Shown piece after piece: positions 35,979 through 43,829 of a stretch of DNA of 43,829 nt. A model generated the notes under the pieces. It saw only the letters and a program-made list of their open reading frames with translations, did not search any database and had not been told where the DNA came from. The DNA is from Pseudomonadota bacterium. Lineage in GTDB: Bacteria > Pseudomonadota > Gammaproteobacteria > Steroidobacterales > Woeseiaceae. The stretch covers positions 1 to 43,829 of the forward strand of contig JBCCZN010000001.1 in NCBI GenBank assembly GCA_039187375.1. The letters are read 5' to 3'. The position numbers and the translations under genes are program-made. The first letter of the stretch is position 1, and every line of letters begins with the position of its first letter.

Positions 35979-37408
35979 ATCAAACCACTGCTATCGTCTG
36001 GTTTCGACGCGATCTGCGCCTGGCCGATCATCCGGCGCTAAGTGATGCACTGGCACGATTTGATCGTGTCGTCTGTTTATACGTGTATTGCCCAACCGAC
36101 GCCTGGCCAATCGGTGGCGCCAGTCGCTGGTGGTTACATCACAGCCTTGCGGCACTAGCGCAGTCATTGAAGATAATCGACGGTGAACTGGTGTTACTGG
36201 CGGGCAATCCACTGGCGGCGCTGCGCGAGGTGATCGATGCCAGCGGGGCCACCGCGGTGTTCTGGCACGATCTGCATGAGCCAGCCGAACGTGCACGTGA
36301 CCAAGACATTGAACAGGCGCTCGGCGACGATGGCATAGAAATTGTGCGCCATAACGGCTTGTTATTGAATCTACCTGGCAGCGTTCGTACCGGCTCGGAT
36401 GGTGTCTATCGTGTGTTTACGCCGTTTTGGAAAGCACTGCGTGCCAGGCTTGATGTCCCAAAGCCACTGCCTGCCCCATTGTCCGTGCCAACGACTGCCA
36501 TCGACTTGGGCGTCACGCTCGAGGCATTGCAGCTACTGCCGCGCATCGACTGGGCGCAGGGCATGCGCGAAACCTGGCAACCCGGCGAGGCGGGTGCAAA
36601 TCTGCGTGCTCGACAATTCACTACCGCTGCAATCGATCACTACGATCATGATCGTGACCTTCCCGGTGTTGATGGCGTCTCGATGCTCTCGCCGCATTTG
36701 CACTTTGGTGAAATCAGTGTACGCACTGTGTGGCATCTGACACTGGCCCGACCCGACAGCGATGGGGTGCGTATCTATCAAACCGAATTGGGTTGGCGCG
36801 AGTTCGCCCATGAAATTCTGGCTGAATACCCGCACACACCAAACGCACCCATGAACCGCGCATTTGAACGGTTTCCCTGGCAACCCGACAACGAGGTGGC
36901 GGACCTCATAGAGGCCTGGCGACACGGTCGCACCGGCATCCCGATTGTTGACGCCGGTATGCGCCAGCTCTGGCACACGGGTTGGATGCACAATCGGGTA
37001 CGCATGATCGTTGCCTCATTTCTGGTCAAAAATATTCGCGCACACTGGCTACACGGGGCACGCTGGTTCTGGGACACACTGGTCGATGCGAACCTGCCAG
37101 CCAATACCATGGGCTGGCAATGGTCCGCCGGCAGCGGAGCTGACGCAGCGCCGTACTTTCGGATTTTCAATCCGGTTCGTCAGGGCGAGCGTTTTGACGC
37201 AGACGGAGCATACGTCAGACGATGGGTCCCCGAGGTTGCCGGCCTACCGGACAAGTATGTCCATGCACCCTGGACGGTACCCGCGGCACTGCGCCAGCAG
37301 CTTGGATTTATTCCGGGCGATCAGTATCCGGAACCCATCGTCGATCTGTCCGATTCTCGCAAAGCGGCACTAGCGGCATTTTCCGCCATGAAGGAAGCCA
37401 ACGCATGA
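35975..37408 (+). CDS. phrB: deoxyribodipyrimidine photolyase
   Basis: 'IVWFRRDLRLADHPAL', 'GWMHNRVRMIVASFL' and 'WQWSAGSGADAAPYFRIFNP'. ATGA overlap with the upstream gene. Confidence 0.92.
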   Translation: MNQTTAIVWFRRDLRLADHPALSDALARFDRVVCLYVYCPTDAWPIGGASRWWLHHSLAALAQSLKIIDGELVLLAGNPLAALREVIDASGATAVFWHDLHEPAERARDQDIEQALGDDGIEIVRHNGLLLNLPGSVRTGSDGVYRVFTPFWKALRARLDVPKPLPAPLSVPTTAIDLGVTLEALQLLPRIDWAQGMRETWQPGEAGANLRARQFTTAAIDHYDHDRDLPGVDGVSMLSPHLHFGEISVRTVWHLTLARPDSDGVRIYQTELGWREFAHEILAEYPHTPNAPMNRAFERFPWQPDNEVADLIEAWRHGRTGIPIVDAGMRQLWHTGWMHNRVRMIVASFLVKNIRAHWLHGARWFWDTLVDANLPANTMGWQWSAGSGADAAPYFRIFNPVRQGERFDADGAYVRRWVPEVAGLPDKYVHAPWTVPAALRQQLGFIPGDQYPEPIVDLSDSRKAALAAFSAMKEANA

Positions 37409-38328
37409 GTTCCAATCTGCATTTCAACCTGCGCATGCTGCGCTATCTGGTTGCACTTGAGGATCATGGCCATTTTGGTCGTGCAGCCGAAAGCTGCTTT
37501 GTGACCCAACCGACGCTGAGCACGCAGATCAAGAAACTTGAGGAACAGCTTGGGGTCACGCTAGTTGAACGCCACAACAAAGGCATTCAACTCACCCGGA
37601 CCGGGACCGCCATTGCGGCGCGTGCGCGCGTGTTACTGGAGGAAGCCGAGGGAATCGAGACACTGGCACAGCTGCATCAGGACCCACAAGCCGGGCGGAT
37701 CAAAATCGGCCTAATCCCAACACTGGCGCCCTATTTGTTGCCGCATATCGCGCCGACGTTAAGTGAGCAGTTCGATAGACTGAAGTGCTTTTATCTCGAA
37801 GTGCAAACTGATCCATTGATGGCCGATCTGAGATCCGGCGAGTTGGATATGGGTTTGCTGGCGCTGCCGATCGATGCCCATGGCTGTGAGGTGGTCGAGC
37901 TATTTGATGAGCCGTTTCGATTGGCCGTCGATCTGCATCACCCGTTGGCCGGTGCGAAACTGGCACGGCAAAGCGACGTGGAAGATCAGCACTTTTTGTT
38001 GCTCGAAGATGGGCACTGTCTGCGCGACCAAGCGCTGGAGGTATGCCAACTCTCCGGTGGCGTCAATGAGGATGAGTTTCGGGCGACCAGCCTTGAGACA
38101 CTGCGGCAGATGGTCGCCGGCGGTGCCGGTGTCACGCTGTTGCCCGAATTGGCGGTGCGACAGCAAGCATCCGCCGAAGCGCGTGTGGTCAATCTGCCGT
38201 TCGAAGCGCCGAGCCCGTCGCGTACGATTATCGCCGTGTGGCGATCCAGCCATACGCGCAATGCGCTATTGCGCGAGATCTGTGCCGCGATCACCGCCAC
38301 GGTGCCGGACCTGTCCGAGCCAACATGA
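37405..38328 (+). CDS. oxyR: LysR-family hydrogen-peroxide sensor OxyR
   Basis: HTH 'FGRAAESCFVTQPTLSTQIKKLE' and the redox-Cys pair in 'EDGHCLRDQALEVC' (compare E. coli 'EDGHCLRDQAMGFC'). ATGA overlap with phrB. Confidence 0.85.
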   Translation: MSSNLHFNLRMLRYLVALEDHGHFGRAAESCFVTQPTLSTQIKKLEEQLGVTLVERHNKGIQLTRTGTAIAARARVLLEEAEGIETLAQLHQDPQAGRIKIGLIPTLAPYLLPHIAPTLSEQFDRLKCFYLEVQTDPLMADLRSGELDMGLLALPIDAHGCEVVELFDEPFRLAVDLHHPLAGAKLARQSDVEDQHFLLLEDGHCLRDQALEVCQLSGGVNEDEFRATSLETLRQMVAGGAGVTLLPELAVRQQASAEARVVNLPFEAPSPSRTIIAVWRSSHTRNALLREICAAITATVPDLSEPT

Positions 38329-39254
38329 TTCGTCCGGGCAATCTACTGCGAATTGCCCGCGAGGGTTTTAAAGATATGGGGCCGGCCTTGCGTCAGGCCT
38401 TCAACGAGCGTCGCGATGATGACCACCTGGACCGTGTGTTCGGTCAACGACCGCGACTGACGATCGTTGGACTCACGGTCATCGCAATGGTCGTCGGCGG
38501 CTGGCTCGAATCATCGGTACAGATCGTATGGCCGCTCGATCAGGTAGCGTGGCCAGCTATTTTCTGTGCCGTCGCACTTGCGTTGCCGATACGGCGTTAT
38601 CTGTTTCGCTTGGGCCAGGCATCGATTGATGACTTTCCATGGATCGCCGCCTGCGTCATTCCCGGCGTTGCGATTGCAACGGTTGTTTCACTCGTCATTG
38701 GACTCGCCGACATTGACTCAGTGCTGATCGAAGACAGCCCTGTTTTCACTCGGATATTCAGTATTGGGGTTATCGCTGCACAAGCGCTGGCCGTTGGCGC
38801 CGCACTGGGGCTCGCCTATGCGGCATTGTGTTACAGCCGCAATTGGCTGAACGCACTGTGGGAGCTGCTGTGGCTTTTGTTTATCCTGAAACTGACGCTG
38901 TGGTTTTTTGAGGAAATTCTGCTCGAGATCGGCATTCTCGATGCCATTTTGTCAGAGATTCTCTACGTAACACTGAGTATCCGCTTGCCCGATTGGCTGG
39001 GTGATATGGCCGACCAGATCAGCTTTGGACTATTGGTACTCTCGCTCTATCTGGCGATGCTGGGTGCCACCTGGACCGTCTGTCGCAAGACCTTTCCGAC
39101 ACTGCTGAAAACCGGTGAGGTCGATATCATCAAGACCGTGCGTCGCATGCTCGATCCACCCGACGAGGCCAAAGAGGCGCGCAAGGCGGAGAAAAAAGCC
39201 AAGGCTGAACGTAAGAAGGCTGAGAAACAGGCGAAGAAGGCAATGCGAAAGTAG
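38325..39254 (+). CDS. hypothetical polytopic membrane protein with a Lys/Ala/Glu-rich C-terminal tail
   Basis: ATGA overlap with oxyR. There are about 6 hydrophobic segments. The tail is 'EAKEARKAEKKAKAERKKAEKQAKKAMRK'. Confidence 0.55.
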   Translation: MIRPGNLLRIAREGFKDMGPALRQAFNERRDDDHLDRVFGQRPRLTIVGLTVIAMVVGGWLESSVQIVWPLDQVAWPAIFCAVALALPIRRYLFRLGQASIDDFPWIAACVIPGVAIATVVSLVIGLADIDSVLIEDSPVFTRIFSIGVIAAQALAVGAALGLAYAALCYSRNWLNALWELLWLLFILKLTLWFFEEILLEIGILDAILSEILYVTLSIRLPDWLGDMADQISFGLLVLSLYLAMLGATWTVCRKTFPTLLKTGEVDIIKTVRRMLDPPDEAKEARKAEKKAKAERKKAEKQAKKAMRK

Positions 39255-39259
39255 TCGCT

Positions 39260-41758
39260 TCAACCGGTACCCCGTAGCGTTCGCACCGGTGGTGTCTCCA
39301 CCGCCGATCGCGCAGCAAGCGTGCCGCTAACACCCACAACCAGCCAGCCCGCCAATACGCCGATCAGCCAAAGTACGGGATCCACCGACAGCTGCAGATC
39401 AAACACCTCTGTCGCCACGACATGCCCAATTGCCGTGGCACCCAGTGAGGCGCACAAACCTGCAAGTAGGCCTAATGCAGAGAACTCGGCCAGAATTCCC
39501 AGCAATACCACGCGGCGCGATGCACCAAATGTACGCAGCAATGCACTTTCGTAGCGGCGCGACTCCAGTGTTGACTGAATGGCAGCGAACAGCACAACCA
39601 GACCAGCAGCAATGGTGAAATAGAAAACGTAACGCACCGCAAGCGCGGCCTTGTCGATAATGCCGCGAATTTGTTCGATCGCTGCTTCGATATCGATTAC
39701 CGATACGCTCGGATGCTTGCGCACCAATTCTACTAGTACATCCTTGTCCGACTCACCAACAAACAACGCATTCAGGAACGTCTGCGGCAAGTCCTGCATA
39801 CCGGTCGGGCTCAATACGATAAAAAAATTGGGCCGAAACGAATCCCAGTCGATGGTACGCAAACTGGTGATCGTGGCTCGATGCGCCAGACCCGCGAAGT
39901 CGAACGTCAGCGTATCTCCCACCGTCACGCCCATCTCATTGGCGATTGCGATATCAATCGACACCTGTGGCTCGCCGCCATCCCCTTCGCTCCAGAAAGA
40001 ACCCTCGATGACGGTGTTGCTCTCGTCGAGTGTATCGGTATAGGACAGATTGATTTCACGACCAACGCGAACCGGACCTTCGCCGGCGCCGCGCGGCCAA
40101 TCCTCGGCCGGCGTGTCATTCACCGCGGTGATGCGGCCACGAACCAGCGGCACGTAGCCAACCGATGGCAGATTTCTCGAATCGATCAGCTCACTGATCG
40201 ACTCTCGCTCCTCCGGAAGGATATTGATCAGGAACTGATTCGGTGCGTCATCGGCAACAGAGGAGCGCCAGATATCCAACAGGTCATCGTGCACGAGCGT
40301 CAACAACAACAGCACCATCAGCCCAAGACCGAATGCGACCACTTGAATCGCACTGGTGGAACCACGTCGCGCAACATTCGCAAGACCATAGCGCCAGGAC
40401 ACACCAACGCCGCCGCGCAACTGCGACAGCGCAGCAACCAGTGCACGACCTGCGAAGAACAACACCGCAGCCGTGACAGCGGTGCCACCCAGAATGATCA
40501 CGAGCAAGCGGGTATCGCGAACCGCCCAGGCGACAATCGCACCAATAGCCAGAAACGCCGCACCATAGGACACCCACAGCGATAGCGGTGGCGGTGCCAT
40601 GTCATGGCGCAGTACACGCATTGGTGGCGTTCGGCGCAGACGCAGCAAAGACGGCAGCGCAAAACCGAGCAACAACACCAATGCCGACAACACGCCAGGC
40701 CACATCGCCGACAAACGCGGTTGTGGCAAATCACCCCGCAGCCAGCCGGTTAACAGTGCCGACAGCCCGCGTTCGGCGTAGTAACCGGTCGCTGCACCGA
40801 TGGCACTGCCAATGGCGGCGATTAACAGAATGTGGATGACACCCACCGACAACACAAACCACTGCGATGCGCCGAAGGTCTTCATCAGCGCCGCCGTATC
40901 CAGGCGACGCTCGGCGTACCGTTGTGCCGACATCGCGATGGCAACCGCTGCCAGAATCAGACTGACCAGTGAGGCCAGCGACAGGAAACCACCGGCGCGC
41001 TCGACCGCACCGGCCAACTGAGACCCTTCTTCGGCACCGGTCTGCATCGTAGCGCCCTCCGGCATGGCACCTTGCAATGCATCGCGAAATTTACGCACTG
41101 GCGTCGGCGGACCACCGAATAGCTGGTAATAACCCACCCGACTGCCCTCGACCAGCAAGCCGCTCGGCTCGATATCGGCCATGTTTATCAGGATTGTTGG
41201 TGCTAATCCGCTAAAGCCGGGCGACTGATCCGGGCGATAGGCGATGACGCCGGCTACCTGCAGCGTCAAACGGCCCAGCTCGAGTGAATCGCCAACGTCG
41301 ATGCCCAGCCGCGTCAACAGCGCCGGCTCAGCGTACAGCGTGCCGGGCAGTGGAATACGCTCGGCGACGCGGTCCTGCCCAAACAGTGACGCTGCGATTC
41401 TAAGCTCACCACGCAACGGATAGCCTTCAGTGACCGCCTGAAGGCGTGCCAATGTGCTGGCCTCTCCCGCAAAGGTCACACTCGGGAAGCTCACCATATC
41501 CACGGTTTTCAGGCCGATCGAGCGCGCCAGTTTCGTATTCGAATCATCGAGTTTTCGACCCGACGACAGGCGAATATCCGCAGCCAGCACCTCGCCCGCC
41601 TGATAATCCACAGCCTTGCCGATTCGATCGGTCAAAAAGCTGATGGCGGTCATCGAAGCGACAGCGATCACCAATGCTGACATCAGCACCAACAACTCGC
41701 CGGAGCGAACATCGCGCCCGAACCGGCGCACGGCAAAGACCAGTGCGCGCACGATCAC
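39260..41758 (-). CDS. ybbP: FtsX-like ABC transporter permease (YbbP family, duplicated 4-TM + MacB-like periplasmic domains)
   Basis: 832 aa with two FtsX-type modules. 4-nt overlap with the upstream ATPase gene. Confidence 0.85.
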   Translation of the reverse strand: MIVRALVFAVRRFGRDVRSGELLVLMSALVIAVASMTAISFLTDRIGKAVDYQAGEVLAADIRLSSGRKLDDSNTKLARSIGLKTVDMVSFPSVTFAGEASTLARLQAVTEGYPLRGELRIAASLFGQDRVAERIPLPGTLYAEPALLTRLGIDVGDSLELGRLTLQVAGVIAYRPDQSPGFSGLAPTILINMADIEPSGLLVEGSRVGYYQLFGGPPTPVRKFRDALQGAMPEGATMQTGAEEGSQLAGAVERAGGFLSLASLVSLILAAVAIAMSAQRYAERRLDTAALMKTFGASQWFVLSVGVIHILLIAAIGSAIGAATGYYAERGLSALLTGWLRGDLPQPRLSAMWPGVLSALVLLLGFALPSLLRLRRTPPMRVLRHDMAPPPLSLWVSYGAAFLAIGAIVAWAVRDTRLLVIILGGTAVTAAVLFFAGRALVAALSQLRGGVGVSWRYGLANVARRGSTSAIQVVAFGLGLMVLLLLTLVHDDLLDIWRSSVADDAPNQFLINILPEERESISELIDSRNLPSVGYVPLVRGRITAVNDTPAEDWPRGAGEGPVRVGREINLSYTDTLDESNTVIEGSFWSEGDGGEPQVSIDIAIANEMGVTVGDTLTFDFAGLAHRATITSLRTIDWDSFRPNFFIVLSPTGMQDLPQTFLNALFVGESDKDVLVELVRKHPSVSVIDIEAAIEQIRGIIDKAALAVRYVFYFTIAAGLVVLFAAIQSTLESRRYESALLRTFGASRRVVLLGILAEFSALGLLAGLCASLGATAIGHVVATEVFDLQLSVDPVLWLIGVLAGWLVVGVSGTLAARSAVETPPVRTLRGTG

Positions 41759-42468
41759 AGCACCTCGTCAGCCACGAGCTTGCCAGCATCGAGCGTCAAC
41801 CGGCGCTGGCACTTTGCCGCCAACGCCTCATCATGGGTCACCACCACCAGCGTTGCGCCATGATCACGATTGAGGTCAAACAACAGTTGTTCGATCTTGT
41901 CACCGGTGTTGGTATCGAGATTGCCGGTCGGCTCGTCGGCGAACATCACTCGCGGCCGGCTGGCAAACGCCCGCGCGATCGCCACACGTTGTTTTTCGCC
42001 ACCAGACAGTTGCGTCGGATAATGACGCAAGCGCTGCGACAGGCCGACCTGATCGAGCACCTCGGTGGCCAGCTTGCGCGCATCACCAACGCCCGCTAAT
42101 TCCAACGGCATCATGACGTTTTCTAGCGCGCTCAGCGCTGGAATCAAATGGAACGACTGAAATACGAACCCGACCCGACCGGCACGCACCTTGGCACGAC
42201 CATCCTCATCCAGACCATCGAGACGAATCCCATCTAGGGCGACATAACCGGAAGTGGGCAGATCCAGACCTGCCAATAAGGCAAGCAGTGTCGATTTGCC
42301 AGCACCCGACGGACCAATCACGGCCAACGATTCGCCCGCTGCCGCTGAAAATGACACGTCATCAAGGATCGTCAGATCGCCGTCGGCAGCACTGACTCGA
42401 CGAGTGAGGGACACGGCCTCGAGGACCGGCGCTTTTGTCGACTGCTGGGGTACACTATTGTCTGTCAC
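41755..42468 (-). CDS. ybbA: ABC transporter ATP-binding protein (YbbA/LolD-like)
   Basis: Walker A 'GPSGAGKST', '[14 protein letters not shown]' and '[11 protein letters not shown]'. The GTG start is preceded by GGAAG. Confidence 0.9.
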   Translation of the reverse strand: MTDNSVPQQSTKAPVLEAVSLTRRVSAADGDLTILDDVSFSAAAGESLAVIGPSGAGKSTLLALLAGLDLPTSGYVALDGIRLDGLDEDGRAKVRAGRVGFVFQSFHLIPALSALENVMMPLELAGVGDARKLATEVLDQVGLSQRLRHYPTQLSGGEKQRVAIARAFASRPRVMFADEPTGNLDTNTGDKIEQLLFDLNRDHGATLVVVTHDEALAAKCQRRLTLDAGKLVADEVL

Positions 42469-42488
42469 CGGAACTTCCGTTTTGTTTC

Positions 42489-43277
42489 ATGTTGGCCGCA
42501 ATTATGGCAGTAATATCATCGCCAGCGTATCGCGCATCCCAATTGCTCATCCTTATCGGGATGTTCGCTCTGGTGGCCTGCTCAGATGCGCCACAACGCT
42601 CCGCCGAGACTGAAGTTGCGGATTCGCCAGCATCCAACGCAACGCCCGAACGTTCAACACCGACGCAAAATGAGTCGCTAGACGACGAGGCCACGGTAAT
42701 TCTGGTAATCGGCGACAGCCTGAGCGCCGCCTACGGCCTGGACAACCCCGCCGACGGCTGGGTCGGTTTGCTAGATGCCCAGTTGAATGCCGAAGAGCCA
42801 CGCTATCGCATTGTGAACGCCAGTATCAGCGGTGACACGACGGCCGGCGGTCGATCACGACTGCCAGCAGCACTACAACGTCATCAGCCCGATATTGTCA
42901 TCATCGAATTGGGCGGCAACGACGGTTTGCGTGGCATCGACCTGTCCGCATCTCGCGGTAATCTACGCGCCATGCTGGACGCCACGCTGGCCGCAGGCGC
43001 CCAGCCGGTGTTGTTTGGCATGAAAATTCCACCAAACTACGGCATCCGATACACGCAGGATTTCGATGCGATGTTCGTGGAATTGGCCGAGGAATACGAC
43101 GTCGCGTTTGAGCCGTTTTTCTTAATGGATGTGGCGCTGGAACCAATGTTGATGCAAGCCGACGGCATTCATCCGAACGAGCAAGCGCAGCCGAAGATGC
43201 TGGCGCGCGCCTGGCCTGCGATCGAACAGGCACTGGCACAACTGATCGTGTCTCAGTCGGACACCAACATCGACTGA
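42489..43277 (+). CDS. tesA: SGNH/GDSL arylesterase-thioesterase (TesA-like), predicted lipoprotein
   Basis: 'VIGDSLSAAYG' (block I Ser), 'GGNDG' and 'DGIHPN'. The N-terminus has a lipobox, 'LVAC|S'. It is divergent from ybbA/ybbP as in E. coli. The start could be 42489 or 42504. Confidence 0.85.
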   Translation: MLAAIMAVISSPAYRASQLLILIGMFALVACSDAPQRSAETEVADSPASNATPERSTPTQNESLDDEATVILVIGDSLSAAYGLDNPADGWVGLLDAQLNAEEPRYRIVNASISGDTTAGGRSRLPAALQRHQPDIVIIELGGNDGLRGIDLSASRGNLRAMLDATLAAGAQPVLFGMKIPPNYGIRYTQDFDAMFVELAEEYDVAFEPFFLMDVALEPMLMQADGIHPNEQAQPKMLARAWPAIEQALAQLIVSQSDTNID

Positions 43278-43321
43278 CACAACACACTGAACACACCACT
43301 ATGCCAATGGGGAGCATGAGC

Positions 43322-43829
43322 ATGGAAAAAATCTGGTTAAAGTCTTATTTGCCGGGCATTCCAGAAACCATCGACGCCGGGGACTACACCTCGCTCAAAG
43401 ACATGATCGAGCGACATTGCAAGATGTATGCAGATCGTCTCGCTTACGCCTGCATGGGTAGCACGATGACCTACGCACAACTGGATCAGCGCTCAGCTGC
43501 GTTTGCGGCCTGGCTGCAACAGCAGGGACTGCAAAAGGGGGATCGGGTTGCTCTGATGATGCCGAACATTTTGCAGTACCCGGTAGCCTTGTTCGGCGTG
43601 CTGCGTGCGGGTTTTGCCGCGGTCAATGTCAATCCGCTCTACACCACGCGCGTGTTGCCACATCATTTCCACGACTCTGGTGCGCGGATCATCGTGATTC
43701 TTGCCGAAATTGGCACGAGTGTACGGTTTTCGGCAAAAAAGTTTCGGCATGATAAAAAACAAATAATGCCTCAAAGACTTGAATTAAAGCGTATAAAAAA
43801 CAGCATGGAGTTTTACACATGTTTTACAC
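43322..43829 (+). CDS. fadD: long-chain-fatty-acid-CoA ligase (FadD-like), N-terminal part only; homology appears lost after about 43700
   Basis: My own translation is 'MEKIWLKSYLPGIPETI...GDRVALMMPNILQYPVALFGVLRAGFAAVNVNPLYT.R....DSGARIIVIL'. This parallels the E. coli FadD N-terminus. Beyond about 43700 the same frame stays open but reads low-complexity 'FSAKKFRHDKKQIMPQRLELKRIKN'. RBS GGGGAG precedes the start. Confidence 0.6.
   Translation, partial: MEKIWLKSYLPGIPETIDAGDYTSLKDMIERHCKMYADRLAYACMGSTMTYAQLDQRSAAFAAWLQQQGLQKGDRVALMMPNILQYPVALFGVLRAGFAAVNVNPLYTTRVLPHHFHDSGARIIVILAEIGTSVRFSAKKFRHDKKQIMPQRLELKRIKNSMEFYTCFT
43701..43749. repeat. inverted plus direct copies of a TTTCGGCA motif at the composition break
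   Basis: TTGCCGAAA (43701-43709) is the exact reverse complement of TTTCGGCAA (43728-43736). A third copy, TTTCGGCA, sits at 43742-43749. Confidence 0.6.
43810..43829. repeat. tandem GTTTTACAC repeat (11-bp period) running off the window edge
   Basis: GTTTTACAC-AT-GTTTTACAC. Each copy contains TTTTACAC(A), which fits the relaxed DnaA-box pattern TTWTNCACA. Confidence 0.5.

Noticed and set aside
43493-43774. 93-aa minus-strand ORF at the fadD junction
   Set aside because: It is antisense to the conserved fadD N-terminal coding region for most of its length and has no recognisable motif. Its start lies in the AT-rich junction, and it is probably fortuitous.
1-43829. Search for CRISPR arrays, tRNA/rRNA genes, IS elements and REP-type dispersed repeats
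   Set aside because: By eye I found no regularly spaced direct repeats, no cloverleaf-sized conserved intergenic segments and no transposase-like ORFs. The intergenic gaps are mostly under 140 nt. The only repeat cluster is the one at 43701-43829, reported separately.

Overview
The window looks like moderately GC-rich gammaproteobacterial chromosomal core. It has the polA / engB / cytochrome c4 / dsbA neighbourhood known from Pseudomonas-like genomes, and about 47 tightly packed genes, many with ATGA/GTGA overlaps. I saw no rRNA, tRNA, CRISPR array, integrase or transposase. The main blocks are listed here.
(1) 1749-6339 (-) is a six-gene string: hypothetical, yadG/yadH-like ABC-2 exporter, SRAP/yedK, DUF1295 and a GspG-like pseudopilin. 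It is divergent from an FlhC-like regulator.
(2) 7172-9064 holds mscL, an NRDE protein and a carboxylesterase.
(3) 9141-17214 (+) is an eight-gene arginine operon: argR-argG-X-argC-argD-argF'-argB-argH. It uses an acyl-ornithine-type carbamoyltransferase, shows no argA/argJ/argE, and contains an uncharacterised P-loop protein (X, 10814-11878). This is my best candidate for undescribed biology.
(4) 17247-20549 holds a PaaI thioesterase, an LptM-like lipoprotein and polA.
(5) 20546-21730 (-) holds two more GspG-like pseudopilins. They are followed by an intergenic region that looks like a sigma-E-driven small RNA with C-rich loops, in the Spot 42/ErsA position.
(6) 21971-24199 holds engB, cytochrome c4 and a lipoprotein-type DsbA.
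(7) 24222-34967 holds an L,D-transpeptidase, an HD-GYP protein, a CrtI-like oxidoreductase, a TPR/2OG-oxygenase-like protein, a beta-lactamase-family hydrolase, a Met-rich lipoprotein, a redoxin, a nitroreductase and YcgN.
(8) 35016-39254 (+) is an ATGA-coupled string: 2-hydroxyacid dehydrogenase, phrB, oxyR and a membrane protein.
(9) 39260-43277 holds ybbP/ybbA divergent from tesA.
(10) A fadD-like gene starts at 43322. Its homology appears to stop near 43700, where the sequence turns AT-rich and repeat-laden up to the window edge.
All functional calls rest on motif and family recognition by eye; no database search was run.
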